Part shown: piece after piece, positions 11,572 through 25,800 of the stretch | Layout: each line of letters begins with the position of its first letter | Position numbering within the stretch: the stretch's first letter is position 1 | Origin: Macrostomum lignano | Taxonomy: Eukaryota | NCBI GenBank assembly: GCA_002269645.1 | Contig: NIVC01003660.1 | Coordinates: forward strand, 1-64,000 | Reading direction: 5' to 3' | DNA: 64,000 nt | Made by a program: the position numbers and the translations under genes | The notes under the pieces: model-generated | The model's input: the letters and a program-made list of their open reading frames with translations, nothing else | Databases searched by the model: none | What the model was told of the DNA's origin: nothing

Positions 11572-11722
11572 AGATGGGGGGTCAACTGACCCTCTGACTT
11601 TCAGGGAGGGGGGTCAACTGACCCTCCGACTTTCCCGGATGGGGGTCAACTGACCCTCCGACTTTCCTGGATGGGGGGTCAACTGACCCTCCCGACTTTC
11701 CCGGATGGGGGTCAACTGACCC
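11572..11722. repeat. ~33-bp minisatellite (GGGGTCAACTGACCCTCCGACTTTCCCGGATG)
   Basis: About 4-5 tandem copies. Confidence 0.85.
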
Positions 11723-12012
11723 TTGTTGACCCTACTCGAGAGACTACGGGAAAAACTTTGCGATTCGCTAATAAACAAATCGAAGTCTGAAAATTTTCAC
11801 TGAAATCCCTAAGCAGATGGTCTACTTTAATTTCGCCACTCGTACTCCTAACTAGCCGAGCAGCATGTAAATCATAATAAAAATTATAAAGCTACAATTG
11901 AAACACAATGGCACAATAATGAGGTCTAGAATTGGGTTAACCATCAGGGTACAGTAATGCGTGAAAAGTCGCATAGCAACAGATAATGGTTTATATATTA
12001 ATCTAAATCCCA

Positions 12013-12672
12013 TCAGTACACCAGTACCCGCCGTTCTATAGGCTTCCTACAGATCGGACAGACTGTCATCTGGTCGCCGCAGTGCTGACAGGTGCCGTGG
12101 CCGCACAGGAACACCATGTTCTTCAGCCTGTCCAGACACACCGGACAGCTGGTCTGTTCGCGAATGTCCAACAATTGCTGTTGAATCTTCTGCATCTCGC
12201 GCAGCGTGGCAGTCTGATCCGGCTGCCCATTGTTCATCATGCCCTGCTGACGGTTTCGCGGCGGACCGGCGGCGGCGGCGGCGGCGGCAGCTGGCTGGGA
12301 CGTCGAGGCAGACGCTGTGGCGGAATTCAAAGCTGCTGAAACTGCTGCCGCGGTAGAGGAAGAAACTGCGGAAGAAGAAGAGTTCGAAGCAGCTGCAGCG
12401 GAAGCAGTAGAAGCAGCGGAAGTAGAGCCAGCAGCAGATTTTTCAATGCCAAACAGGTGCTCGGCGCAGCAGACGCCGTAGGGCACGGATTCTTGAATAG
12501 GCTGCCGGCACTGCACGCACTTCTTCATCAGGCCTGCGATGCGGGGGTGAAAAAGAGTTAAGTTAATTAACAATACAAACATAATCTCCTCACTCAATAG
12601 ATGCAGCATTAACTGTAGGTACAGCGTTGGCGTTGTTTTTTGTACATCTAAAACGAACCTTTTAACGGCCAT

Positions 12673-12722
<50 letters not shown>

Positions 12723-15700
12723 AATAAATCTACTTTTTCTACTGATTTAACAGATTCGAGTATTATACTCTAACTGAAGTTCACCAATAGTTTAATAAGT
12801 TGCTTAAAAAGTAAAAAACGGCCCTTTTCAGGGCCACAGAAAATCGTGAACTGACCGTCGCGTGTAATTAATTTTCTTATTGCTTAACTATTGCAGAAAT
12901 AGCGACTTTTCATCTGATCTACCAAGATAATTTTAGTCTGTTTTGCCTGGGATTTGCGCACAGACAAAATCTAAAAAATCTAGCTTAAAATTTCAAAACG
13001 GCCCTTTTTAGGGCCATAAACAGAAATTTGCGCACTCACCGGCGCAGCCTTCGCAGGCGCACATGTGACCGCACGGCCGGAACAGCACAGCCGCTGGCCG
13101 GTCGCTGCACACTAGGCACTCTTCAATCTTGGCCCGGCTAGTGATTGGCTCCTTGCAGATGAGGCACTTCTTAGCGCGGGCGGCGCACAGGCAGCAGCAG
13201 GCCACGTGGCCGCAGGGTCCGAATAGGCAGTCGCGCGGCTCGGAGCAGACCAGGCACTCGTCGGCGCCTGAGGATGCGGCAGCGGAGGCTGAGGCTACTC
13301 GGGCGCTGTGCTCGCGCTGGCACTTTGACAGAGCCTTGCACAGGTTGGGATCCGGGCACAGGTCCAGCGGCGTCTGGCCCTTCTTGTTCTTCAGGGTCAG
13401 GTCGGCACCGTTGGCCGCCAGGAAGCAGGCGATGGAGGCCAGGGATTTTTTGTCGCCGCTGTTTAAGCCGAGTCCCATCAGCAATTTGCCAACGTCTTGC
13501 ATGTCTTGCAGTTGGCGCAGCTGCGACAGCGTGTGATGCCGCAGAGCTTCGTGCAACGGCGTGTCGCCGTCTTTGTCGCGGACACTGACGCTGGCGCCTT
13601 CGCGGACCAGCAGACGAACCACCTGGGCGTGCTGGCGCTCCACGGCCAGGTGCAGCGGGGTCTGGGATGGGGGATGCAGTGCGAGTATGTCAGCTTGTCT
13701 CTCTGTCTATTATAAAAACACAGTGTCCTTTTGTCTTAATGTCTTTGTTTCCGTGTCCTACTGTCTTGGTGTCTTTGTGTCCTACTGTCTTGGTGTCTTT
13801 GTGTCCTACTGTCTTGATGTCTTTGTGTCCTACTGTCTTGATGTCTTTGTGTCCTACTGTCTTGGTGTCTTTGTGTCCTACTGTCTTGGTGTCTTTGTGT
13901 CCTACTGTCTTGATGTCTTTGTGTCCTACTGTCTTGATGTCTTTGTGTCCTACTGTCTTGGTGTCTTTGTGTCCTACTGTCTTGATGTCTTTGTGTCCTA
14001 CTGTCTTGATGTCTTTGTGTCCTACTGTCTTGGTGTCTTTGTGTCCTACTGTCTTGGTGTCTTTGTGTCCTACTGTCTTGGTGTCTTTGTGTCCTACTGT
14101 CTTGGTGTCTTTGTGTCCTACTGTCTTGATGTCTTTGAGTCCTACTGTCTTGGTGTCTTTGTGTCCTACTGTCTTGGTGTCTTTGTGTCCTACTGTCTTG
14201 GTGTCTTTGTGTCCTACTGTCTTGATGTCTTTGAGTCCTACTGTCTTGGTGTCTTTGTGTCCTACTGTCTTGGTGTCTTTGTGTCCTACTGTCTTGGTGT
14301 CTTTGTGGCCTTCTGCCTTGGTGTCTGCGTGTCCTACTGTCTTGGTGTCTGTGTCCTACTACCTTAGCGCCTGTGTCCTGTCTTGGTGGCTGTGTCCTAC
14401 TGGTGGTTTTTGTGTTCTGTCTGTCGCAGCAGTCAGCAGGCCTCCCAGTCACGCAGAGCTTACTCAATGCGTACCTGCATATTGACATTCTGTGTGTCCA
14501 GACAGGCCCCGCCGAGTTGTACGAGCAGTTCGCACACCTCCAGATGATTATTCAAAGCGGCCAGATGCAAGGCTGTATAGCCATCGTCTTTTCGCTCATC
14601 AACTAGCCATTGCCGCTGCAGTTTAGTCAGCAGGATCTTCATCGCCCTGCAAACAGAGCAAAGTTAGATAAAAAACAGAGTGCAGGACTAGAGGGTTGGA
14701 ATGGAACGAGAGTTCGTGCTAGGGTAAAGAGGAAGAGACCGACGAATTTTCCCCGACTCGATCCAATGGGATGCAAGGGAGGGAGAACGAGCAGGAGGGC
14801 TCATCCAGAGCAACACATATAACTGTGAGCTCGCATAGCATAGCCATAATATCAGATTTGGCGAAAATACACGCTAGACAAGTCGGTCAGAAGCGGCAGC
14901 ACGGCAATAGGAAGGTAAGGCTAGGACCGGGCACAAGCACTGCAGCAAAGCGCATTCCCTCATTACTCTCTCTTTTTTTGCTTCCTCATTTCTGTCTGTC
15001 GTCTTTGTCCGCTAGCGCAGCCGCATCCCCAGACCCGCGTGAATCAGCAGCAGCAGCAGTTCCACAGAATAGAAAGAATTCCAAAAGCAGATGCTACAAG
15101 ACGGATCCGAAGCCTAACCTTTTCCCCGCGAACACCCCCAGCCCCAGCCAGGGTGAATGGCATCATAAATGCAGCTGGGGAATATGGGGAGAAAGCGAGC
15201 CCCTTTCCCCTTGGGGCGCAGGGTGGATCCTCGCACGGGATGGGTGATGGCCTTTGCTGAATGCCCCGCTGACCCACAAACTGCCGCTCTACCTTTGCCT
15301 ACCTCTGCTGCCGATTCATTCCTAAACTTCCCCATCCCCCCCCCCACGGCGCAATGGACCCCATCACTCCTATCCCTCTCCCAAGTTCCTCTTCCCAACG
15401 CGTTTTTGCGTTTCGACAAAGCGACGGCCATAGCCTGCCATGCAGCTAGACGCAATAAATAGGCAGAACCTAAGCTGGGGCGCGGATCCCCAATACCAAA
15501 GCCCCTCAGCCTCAACCCCATCACCCCCCTTCGTTTCCTCGAATATCAGCCCCCCTCCCCACAGTTCGAAAGTATAAAAGCGGCACCAGCAACCCGGCCG
15601 GTGCCACTTCAGCGCTCGCGGTCCGTCTTACTTATAAGCTAAGCCCATTTTTTGCCTTCAGCAGTTTGGAATCGTTACCACGGGACCATGCTTCTTTGCA

Positions 15701-16526
15701 TAGACATGCGGCCAGCTGTAAGAGAATTTTCCGAACCAAACCTTCGCTTGCGAAGCTCGGAAGTTCTTTTTTTAAATAGCCCGACAACTCAAGCTGGATA
15801 GAGTAGTCCAGATAGGGGACAATTCGCGGCCAATTATAGTCACGAATTTTGTTCCCTTATTTGAGCTACAATATCTACTGTTGCTTTGAGTTTCGGGCCC
15901 AGCATTCAGCAAGCCATGGAATGTAAAGAAGTATGTTCTTTGTGTAACTTCGATCATCAACACGAGAGACCCGGCATGCTTTTGTTCTTGTATGCATCTA
16001 AGTGGAGGATACATACAGTGGGGATTAGGCCAGACGCTAGCTGTAGGGGAGCAAAAATTAGCATCGGCCGAATTTGGGAAGCCAGTTAGCTACCCGGCCT
16101 AGCAGCAAGCAGAGAGCCCAATGTTGAAGAAGCAAAACTTGGGGGATATGCAGATTGGGGATCGACGGCGAAGGGAAGGCTACGATCCGAAAGAAGGGAA
16201 GACAGAGGCAGAGAGAGAGGGGAGGCGAGCGAAGGCCGCGCGCAGATCGATAAAAGGGGATCGGGGCATTCGGACGGGATTTGGGACGAGCAAGCGGACG
16301 AGATGAGGAATAGGAAAATGGGAGCTATAGCTAAGAGTATGCGTCTATCAGGATCTCTCGCAACTGTGTCCAGAAATCGCACCGACCGACAGAACTCCCC
16401 CTCCCGCCGCCTAAGCCTGAAAATTCGCAGCAGCAGCCGCAGCCACCACAGCTGCTTCATCACGCACTCGCCCGCTCGCGCATTCGTTCATTAAGCATGC
16501 CAGCGCCCTCCGTGCCCACCTCCCTT

Positions 16527-16565
<39 letters not shown>

Positions 16566-19500
16566 GTCCATTCCTTTTTCCCTAGAGGCGGCATCTTTCC
16601 CGGGGCAGGAGCCCCCCCCCCACTCCGCAGCCTTCTCCTTAGTCATTCCATACGCCACAGCCTCGGGCCCGGAATATTTGCACATTTCGGTTACCGCTAT
16701 CAATGCTCCTATCTCCAATACACATCTGCGTGTGCCAAGCCGACAGTCTAGCACACGCCGGACAACGAATAAGCGCATGTGTTGGGTTAGGTAGTGGATA
16801 ATAGCAAGATTTGCAGGAAGCCTGCGCTTGACCCTGGCGCAACGCGGCGCTGAGATAATGGGATTATATAAAGGGATAAAGGGACTATTGAGGAAAAATC
16901 ATCCCTTAGCAACCCTGATCAGCTAGATCTCGGGCCGCCCGGGTAAATTCTACAGGCATTTGGAAACAAATTGCATGCGATATGAATTGACCCACTAGAC
17001 CGGATAACAGCTACAAGAGATTGCTCTTTGCGAGCGAAACAAACATTTTATCTTGCTACGCCAGGCTAGAAGCAATGCCTGCTTGATTTATCAATAAAGC
17101 GATTGCATCATCGGCAGCGAGGCGCAGGCGTCCCCTGATAGAAAAATCGAACATTATTACGTAATCATTTACTAGGCCTACTACTATCCTTCCTACTAGG
17201 ATCCTTCCTATCCTTCCTACTTAACCCGAAAAACTTTAGGGTGACTGCATGGCCATCACTTACTAGTTGGAGCCCCCCAGTAACACTTGAAAGAGAAAGC
17301 CAGCTATCTTAGTCATCATTTGTAGATAGGAGAATAAAATAACGGGCCATAGCAACTGCAGCTTCAGAGCTTCATCAGTCAGTTAGCATAGCAGCAATCT
17401 TGCGCATAGCTGATCTATACAAAAGCTATATATATATATATATATATATATTTATACGTACGAAGGCATGCAGCCAGTTGCTGGGCTAGCTGCACCAGTG
17501 CCGATAAGGACGCCCACACACAAGCGCGCATATATTATGAACTCCGATCGCCAGCCTAACCCGCCAGAAACCGGCTCGATTCGAACCGAGACGGGCAGCA
17601 ACAGCAGCGCGGAAGCCATTAAGCAACGCTTTCCCCAACCCGCTCCCATTAGAGAGAACCATAACTTGCCCCCCTACTCCCCTCCCCCCTTAGAAACCGC
17701 ATGGAAACAGCGGACTAGTTTCCATGCGGTTTCAAAATAGGGATTTTGTGGCTATTCATTTCACAGCTCCTCTATACATCCGCACAGGAAGACGTAGTAG
17801 AGATGAAAGATGAGAGTGGAGAGAGGGAAGAATAACCCTCAGACCCCAATGCACTGATGCGGTAACGTAGATGTTTAAGCAAAATAAGTGCCGATATTTC
17901 GAATTACTTTATATTTTTCCTCAGGCTAATGAGAGTAGATGAGAGAGATGAGAGAGAGAGAGATGAGACACGAACCTTAAGCGGGCCGGAGTTTGCTGAC
18001 TAAATATGAAAAATGCTCCACCATTCCAAGTGGTGGATTACTAATTGGAATTTTACTAACTAGAATCTATTCATATCAAATTTACACTACTGTAAGTAGG
18101 AAAAAAGCAAATTATACGCAATACTTACGCTGGATTGCCGCGCAGAGCTGTATGATGCAGCACGTTGAATCCGTCATTGTTGCACACGCTCAAGTCTGCA
18201 CCGTGCTCAAGCAGCAGAGCCAGAACGTCTTCGCGTCGTTTAGAAACAGCGTCGTGCAACGGCGTGTCCCCGTCCGCGTCCTGCAGGCTGGGCAGGGCGC
18301 CGCAGGCTAGCAGGGCCAGGACAACGCCGGCGTGGCCTTTATTAACGGCTATGTGCAGCGGCGTCTGGCGTCGGCGATTGCGCGCATTGATGTCGGCGCC
18401 GCGTCGATGCAGCAGGCGGACCAGCTCGGCCTGGTCGCCGAATGCGGCGTGGTGAACAGCCTGGTCGCCGTCGCGATCTTCGGCCTTCGAAAATTAATGA
18501 AAAAAATTCGTGATTCATTCGAAATGGTGTATGGGGGCTCAGATGACAGTCTGCTCCAACTGACACAGTCTGTTCTGTTCCAGTCTGACTGACAGTCTGC
18601 TCCAACTGACACAGTCTGTTCTGTTCCAGTCTGACTGACAGTCTGCTCCAACTGACACAGTCTGTTCTGTTCCAGTCTGACTGACAGTCTGCTCCAACTG
18701 ACACAGTCTGTTCTGTTCCAGTCTGACTGACAGTCTGCTCCAACTGACACAGTCTGTTCTGTTCCAGTCTGACTGACAGTCTGCTCCAACTGACACAGTC
18801 TGTTCTGTTCCAGTCTGACTGACAGTCTGGTCCAACTGACAGTCTGGTCCAACTGACACAGTCTGACTGACAGTCTGGTCCAACTGACAGTCTGGTCCAA
18901 CTGACACAGTCTGTTCTGTTCCAGTCTGACTGACAGTCTGCTCCAACTGACACAGTCTGTCCTGTTCCAGTCTGACACCCTGACAGTCTGCTCCAACTGA
19001 CACAGTCTGTTTTGTTCCAGTCTGACACCCTGACAGTCTGCTCCAACTGACACAGTCTGTTTTGTTCCAGTCTGACAACCTGACAGTCTGCTCCAACTGA
19101 CAGTCTGTCCTGTTCCAGTCTGACACCCTGACAGTCTGCTCCAACTGACACAGTCTGTTCTGTTCCAGTCTGAGGGTGTCGGGCACAAAATAGCAGACGA
19201 GATAAGTTGGAACATACTGTCAGAAGGAACACACTGTGTCGTCAGATGGATCAGACAATGTCAGATGAAACACAATCCGCCACTAAGTGAGAAAATCTGG
19301 ATTTGGAAGTATTAAGAAAGTTTTACCTGAAGATTGGCGCCCCGATCGATAAGCAGACGTGCGGCAGCAATGTGGCCGTTCTGCGACGCCGCCTGTAGCG
19401 CCGTGTGACCAGCGTAGATGGCGTTCGCATCAGCTGTAGGAGCCGCCGAGACTGCACGTTGCTGCTGCCGCTGCGGCGAGGACGAAGCCGACGATCGTCT

Positions 19501-22500
19501 AGCGCCCAGCAGCTCCTGCAGCCGGGACAGATCACCGTTAGCCGCCGCTTTCACCAGCTCTTCGCTCGGATCAATGACTCGGCCGTCACCGCTGCCATCC
19601 GCGCTGCCGCCGCCGGCGCCTCCGCCGCTGCCGCAGCCGCCGACATGCTCTTGGAATAGCTTCTTCAACAGGTTCGACAGCCGCTCACCAGACTGCGGCG
19701 AGTCGGGCACGCCGCCGCCGCTGCCCGAAGCCGACGAGACGCCGGCGGCGCCACCCGACGACGAGCCGCTGGAAGCAGCGCCGCCGCCATTGAAGTTAAT
19801 GCCGCCGGACTGTGGCGGGCAGGGGGCCAGACAGCCGGGGCTCAGCGTCATCACACTGCCGCACACGTCAACCTGGATTATAGATTAACAAGGGGCAACT
19901 GACAACTGAACACTAGTACCCCGGAACTGAACACTAGCAACCCGGAACTGAACACTAGCAACCCGGAACTGAACACTAGTACCCAGGAACTGAACACTAG
20001 CAACCCGGAACTGAACCGTAGCAACCGGAGAAAGAACCCTAGCAACCAGCAGAAATAGAACCCTAGCAACCAGCAGAAATAGAACCCTAGAAACCAGAAA
20101 TAGAACCCTAGCAACCAGAAATAGAACCCTAGCAACCAGAAAAAAACCCTAGCGACCAACAGAAATAGAACCCTAGCAACCAGAAATAGAACCCTAGCGA
20201 CCAGCAGAAATAGAACCCTAGCAACCAGCAGAAATAGAACCCTAGCAACCAGAAATAGAACCCTAGCAACCAGCAGAAATAGAACCCTAGCAACCAGCAG
20301 AAATAGAACCCTAGCAACCAGCAGAAATAGAACCCTAGCAACCAGCAGAAATAGAACCCTAGCAACCAGAAATAGAATCCTAGCAACCAGAAATAGAACC
20401 CTAGCAACCAGAAGTAGAATCCTAGCAACCAGAAATAGAACCCTAGCAACCAGAAATAGAAACCTAGCAACCCGGAAGCCGGTCATGCCGATTCCGCTGA
20501 CCCTGAGAACGCACACGAAAAAGTACGTTGGCATGCGCTCACACAGGGTGTACAGCGGCGTTGATTTTCTCAACATCAGGCATGTGCACATGTACACCTG
20601 GTGTCTATTAGTGTTGACTCGTGAATCGCACGGAATCGAACCCAGGGTACTTTTTTAACCGCTGAGCTACGGAACTCTGACCCATAGTACTATCAGTAGT
20701 AATAATACGACATACTCAACTAAACAAGGCCCGAACCTGAACGTCTCCATCGGAGCGCACTCGGACAACGCGACCAACCCGACCCCGACCGTTGCCCAGC
20801 AACTGCTGCTGCTGGTCGGAGCCGCTGGACGTCGTCGCCAGCACTCGGACCAAATCGCCTGGCGACAGAGCCAGCGGCACCGACTGCGGCAGATTCGGCG
20901 TCACTGGCAGCAGCGTCGTAGCGTAAACGGAACTGGCGCCTCCACCCGCGCCGCTTCCTCCGCCGCCGCCGCCACCAACTGCGGCGCGAAGCCTTCGGGC
21001 GGAAGCGGACGGGTCCGGGATGAGGCAGAGAGCGGCCGGGTTCAGCGTCCACCGGTTGCCGCTGGGATAAGAGACAACAGCGTCGCCGTCTTCGTCCACG
21101 CCAACGATAGAGCCGACAATGTCGACGCATTCGGACATGGCCGGGGACCAGCCGCCGTGGGTTCGTTGAAGGCGTTGAAACGTATCGGTGGACACGGCGA
21201 CACGTACCCGGTCGCCCGGCTGGAACGCGCACAGCTCCATGTGGGGACAGGCGCCAGGACAACCGGCGGAGCCGCCGCCCAGCTCCAGACTGGCCGAGGT
21301 GGACGACGCTGCCGAGGTGTCCGAGTTGGGCGGCCGGTTTATTTCGCCTATGGAAACAGTTGAATTTAAAATGAGGGATTATATTAGCATCAGACTACTT
21401 TCAGTAGGTATTTTGCATTAAACTTAATTTTCAATACAGTAAGTAAATAAGTGGTAACCGAGGAGGATATACAGGATTCTAAAAATCAATAAATGAGACT
21501 ATTCTTTTGATGGCTAGAGGGAGATTACTGAGATGACTAGAGGGAGATCATTGAGGTGGCTAGAGAGAGATTACTGAGATGGCTAGAAGGAGATTACTGA
21601 GCTGGCTAGAGGGAGATTATTGAGGTGGCTAGAGAGAGATTACTGAGATGGCTAGAGGGAGATTATTGAGGTGGCTAGAGGGAGATTACTGAGATAGCTA
21701 GAGGGAGATTACTGAGATAGCTAGAGGGAGATTACTGAGGTGGCTAGAGGGAGATTACTGAGATAGCTAGAGGGAGATTACTGAGATAGCTAGAGGGAGA
21801 TTATTGAGATGGCTAGAGGGAGATTACTGAGCTGGCTAGAGGGAGATTATTGAGGTGGCTACAAGGTGGCTAGAGGGAGATTACTGAGCTGGCTAGAGGG
21901 AGATTATTGAGGTGGCTAGAGGGAGATTACTGAGATGGCTAGATGGAGATTATTGAGGTGGCTACAAGGGTTCTAGACGTGGCATATACGAGCATATTTG
22001 TTTAAAAAAGCTGAATTGCGATTCTCAATGTTTCCTATTTGCACACATTAGGAGCTACATCTGCCTTACCTAGCAGCGGCAAATGGTCTCTATAATAGGC
22101 GAATGCTTTAGCCTCGGACACCACTCGCAGGTCAACCATGCCCTCGTAGCCAACCCTATAGAGATTTTTAACTCCGCTATCCCAGAGCACGTAGGCGGCC
22201 GACCTCGGCGCATCCGGGCACCAGTCCTGCACCTCGGTGACCTTGCCCCGCTTCCCGCTGCCGCCGTCCTGATCCTCCCATTGCCAGTCGACGCCGCGTA
22301 CAACCCTAGCGCCGGGAACAGGCCTCGGCAGGTGTATTTCTTAGCTCGCCGGCGGGAGTCGCACCAGACTGGCTCGGCTAGCGGGTGCACAAATTGAAAG
22401 AATCTGTGCCTAGTGGAGTGCTTGTCGCCGTGATAGCAGGCTGAGCACAGGGATACGCCGTTGCAATCGGCGCAGGCCCATCGGACGCCATACAGCGGCC

Positions 22501-22801
22501 TGGCGCCGCACTCGTCGCAGCTGAAACAGTCCTCGTGTACAACGCCAGCTGGCCCGTTGTCAAGGACGCGCAGGTCATAGGCGCCTGAGCAGCGATAATT
22601 AGCGGCGGTGCCATTGTCCCAAACTACAACGACTTCTTCTGGGCTTTCGAAATTGCGCACAGTGCCAACGCTGCCCTCGCCGCCGTCCTGTTTGGCCCAT
22701 TTCCAGTGGGGCCCGCGGACAACCCGACTGCCGACGCCCAGCTGCATAGTGGCAGTCAATAGTAGGTCGCCGGAGCCCGACATGAAAGAGGCATGCGACA
22801 T
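12013..22801 (-). CDS. MIB1: E3 ubiquitin ligase mind bomb 1 (MIB-HERC2, ZZ, MIB repeats, ankyrins, 3 RINGs), 7 exons, ~1186 aa after correcting one frameshift
   Basis: Exons (minus strand): 22070-22801, 20737-21347, 19327-19872, 18129-18484, 14475-14646, 13040-13661, 12013-12533. All junctions are GT-AG and phases are consistent once 1 nt is restored near 22314-22316. The sequence follows MIB1 throughout ([51 protein letters not shown]; [24 protein letters not shown]). Confidence 0.95.
12674..12721. repeat. (TCTA)n microsatellite in MIB1 intron 6
   Basis: Seen directly. Confidence 0.95.
13745..14400. repeat. 24-bp minisatellite (GTCTTTGTGTCCTACTGTCTTGGT) filling MIB1 intron 5
   Basis: About 26 near-identical copies. 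They explain the repetitive ORFs at 13561-14488. Confidence 0.95.
18544..19172. repeat. 46-bp minisatellite filling MIB1 intron 3
   Basis: Unit GACAGTCTGCTCCAACTGACACAGTCTGTTCTGTTCCAGTCTGACT with variants. Confidence 0.95.
19905..20472. repeat. 21/24-bp minisatellite (AGAAATAGAACCCTAGCAACC[AGC]) in MIB1 intron 2
   Basis: Tandem copies, preceded by a related CCGGAACTGAACACTAGCAAC unit. Confidence 0.95.
20615..20680 (-). mobile_element. Truncated tRNA-derived SINE head / tRNA relic
   Basis: The minus strand reads GTAGCTCAGCGGTTAA (A box) and GGGTTCGATTCC (B box), with the anticodon arm deleted. Confidence 0.45.
21509..21966. repeat. 23-bp minisatellite (GAGATGGCTAGAGGGAGATTACT) in MIB1 intron 1
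   Basis: About 19 tandem copies. Confidence 0.95.
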
Positions 22802-25800
22802 GCAATAGCATTTTTAATTGCATCCTTAATGCTTAATAAGTCAGTCAACATTTAATTCATTTATGAAAGCAATTAGATATCAATTAATTTGCTAGCCTAT
22901 AATGAAATCTAGGTCTGTGTCAATAGCGCATTATGAAACAACTTTTAAATCTAGCGTCCATATTTTTGTAATTCATAGTTTACATAAAGGATCAATAATT
23001 TTACTCTTGGATTATGGGGAGTACACTTTTACAAGAGGTTTTTCAATTTTCAATTTTTATTCTTCTGTAGACATGGAGTCAGCAGACTTACACACTGTCA
23101 GTCAGTCAGTGCAGGGCAGAGTTATTGACAAAAAAATGAAATTTGACTTTCAATATGGCATCTACAAGTAATCTATTGCTTCCATTCAACTTACAGTATG
23201 CCTTTTTTCACAAGGAGCACATGTTGGTATATGTTCAAGCCCAAGTATTTGATGCATGCTTTGTATTCTATGTCCTAAATCTTGCATTGATAAAGTCCAC
23301 TAGCTATAATACTAGTCTCCTCTTGGTTTCAAATAAAAAACTTTGCCTAGCTATGATAATTAGCCATCAGCAAATAATATGGATGAATTAAGTTTCTTAC
23401 ACAACTAGTGCATTCTATGGTCACAATAATACCATAAGTTTTAGATCTAGAATGCATTGATGACACATTGGGTTAGACCTAGATTTTCTACTTGGATCAT
23501 TACTTAGCACAATATCTATTTCAAAATAGTATAATCAAGGCAATTAACTATAAAAAAACATGAATGGTAGGGCTAACTTTGAGTAAACTATCTTGATTTC
23601 TAAAAAATATTTTCTCTTTATTGACTTGTATGCCTTTTTAAACAGACTTGCATAAAACTTCCATTTGGACATTGCCAAGGATTAGCCACTATGGGTTTAT
23701 TGAATAATATTTTTTTGTTAGAGATTGCATTATCTCTTACAAAAAAGTTTTGATTGTATAATACTAGTAGACAAACAATTCCAATACTCTCATATTAGGA
23801 TTATTTTACTATATATACTTCTTTTAAAGTAGTCTAATACTAATACTATTATGAAAATTTTCTAACTTTTCATATTCTATTAAGTTAGCCTATTGTTTAC
23901 TTGTATTATTTGTAAAATAAATTACTTTATCTATTTAATTCTTAAAATGTTTAATAAGAAAATTGTTGAAATAATATACTATAGGACTATTGCCATAGTC
24001 AAGGTGCCTATATTCCAGAATTTTCTAGCATACATTAGCCCTTTATATTTCTTTGGCATATATATTTGGTATGCTATTACACTTAAATCTTAAAAATCTA
24101 TATTTTGCATACAAAAATAGTATACAAAGCTATTTGAAATTTTGTATATATATCTACTAGTTTCTATAACAAAAGGTAGAATATTTCAAAGAAAAAGATA
24201 GTGGTTAAAAGGTGATAATAATACAAACAAAAAATATTAATTGAATATGACAATGCTATTTTAAAAAAAAGAATTTAGATATTATAACTTTATGTAATTA
24301 TATTAAAAGTTGTTGTAAATGAGAAATAGATACAACAAAAATTTTGTTATAATATACATATAAATATCAAATGTAACAATACAAAAGGGCTTTGATTGTT
24401 GCAATGAAAAAAATGTCCTTTTTTGAAGTTCAAAGGTAAGGTTGTATAATTTTGAAATTTTGGCATATATTGATATATAAAACTCTGGCATATACTAGAA
24501 GTATACACTTTCTTAACAATACAAACAATGGGAGTCTATGGCTATTAGGGGTTGCCCTACATCTTGCTTAGCCATAGGCCTATTGTTTAGATTGTTATCT
24601 AATATACAGCCATCCTACTCCTGCTTTATTATATACATTTTGGCAATTTTGGTTTACTATTAGTAAAAACTGATTTGCCAAAGTTATATACATGGTCACA
24701 TAACCTAAGGCCCATATATGTGCAACAGTTGGCCAAGTCGGCCAATCCGGCCAACCAATTTGGTAGCCAACCAAGGAAGTCGCAAAAATGCCCACCTGAA
24801 AAACACCCAAGTAAAAGTAGTAGTACTATGTACTAAGTAGCTGATGAGCTATTTTGGCTTAATAAGACAGTCATAATTACTCCTGCCGTTTACCCAAAGT
24901 TGCATTAATTTTGCTTTAGGTTTTTTACATGTAAGTTGCATTTTTAGCCAAAAACTATGTTGCATTTTTGTTAAAACTAAGTCGCATGGCCAACTGAATT
25001 TTGGAGGTTGCGCATGTATGCTAGGGCCTATCCTAAGAATATTCTAGGGTATTAATAAAATATTAAAAAATAATTATAGTTTATAGATTCTAGTTCTAAG
25101 ACAGGGGTCAGAAACCTATTTCCACTTAAGGGCCAGATAAGGTTTTTTTCAATTCAAAACTATAAGCCACAGGTTGCAACCCAGTTAGCCTACTTCACTC
25201 TCTCCTAGGTCTTTCTTTACCTTCCAGAATCTACTCCCTGGGTCTTTACCTCCCAGAATCTGCTTCCTAATTCTTTACCCTCCAGAATCTGCTCCCCCCC
25301 TGGGGCCTGGGTCTTTACTAAACTAACATTTGTACTCCCATTAATGGCCTATACTACTACTTTCTCAATTTCCTTTGCCGCAAGTTCCCCTCTTTTTATT
25401 TTATTTGAAATTTTGAACTGATACGCTGTCTGTCTAAAGTTTTTAAACAGTCACTAACGCGACTAGTTTGTGTTTCATTACTAATTTGTCATTAAAAGTT
25501 GGCAATTGAGGAAAGAAATTCCATTTTAGTGCACAAAACTTTTGTAGGAGAAAATATAAAATTACAATTGCCTAAAGGTATGGGCCAGATTATAATAATT
25601 AAGATTAAGGAAGTTTGTAGGCTTCTTTTAGTTAGGCCTAGTTGCTAGTTAGAGGAGGATCCTAAAAAGAGGATTTGACTTCTTTTTAAATGCAACATTT
25701 CCATCAAAATAAAAACAATGCCAAATGCCAATAGCATAGGCCTATTCCATTCCTAAAGTTGACAAAGCTTCAGTATCGCTCTGTCAGTGTTTAGTTGACA

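Noticed and set aside
14690-17740. Nested gene or autonomous transposon in MIB1 intron 4
   Set aside because: Only short ORFs with no recognisable domain, and no terminal repeats that I could verify. It is probably old repeat-derived DNA.
22795-22812. TATTGCATG at the MIB1 start, resembling the 3' end of a flatworm spliced leader (from memory)
   Set aside because: Only 9 nt match, the rest of a leader and the Sm site are absent, and the gene has introns, so it is not a retrocopy. Likely chance.
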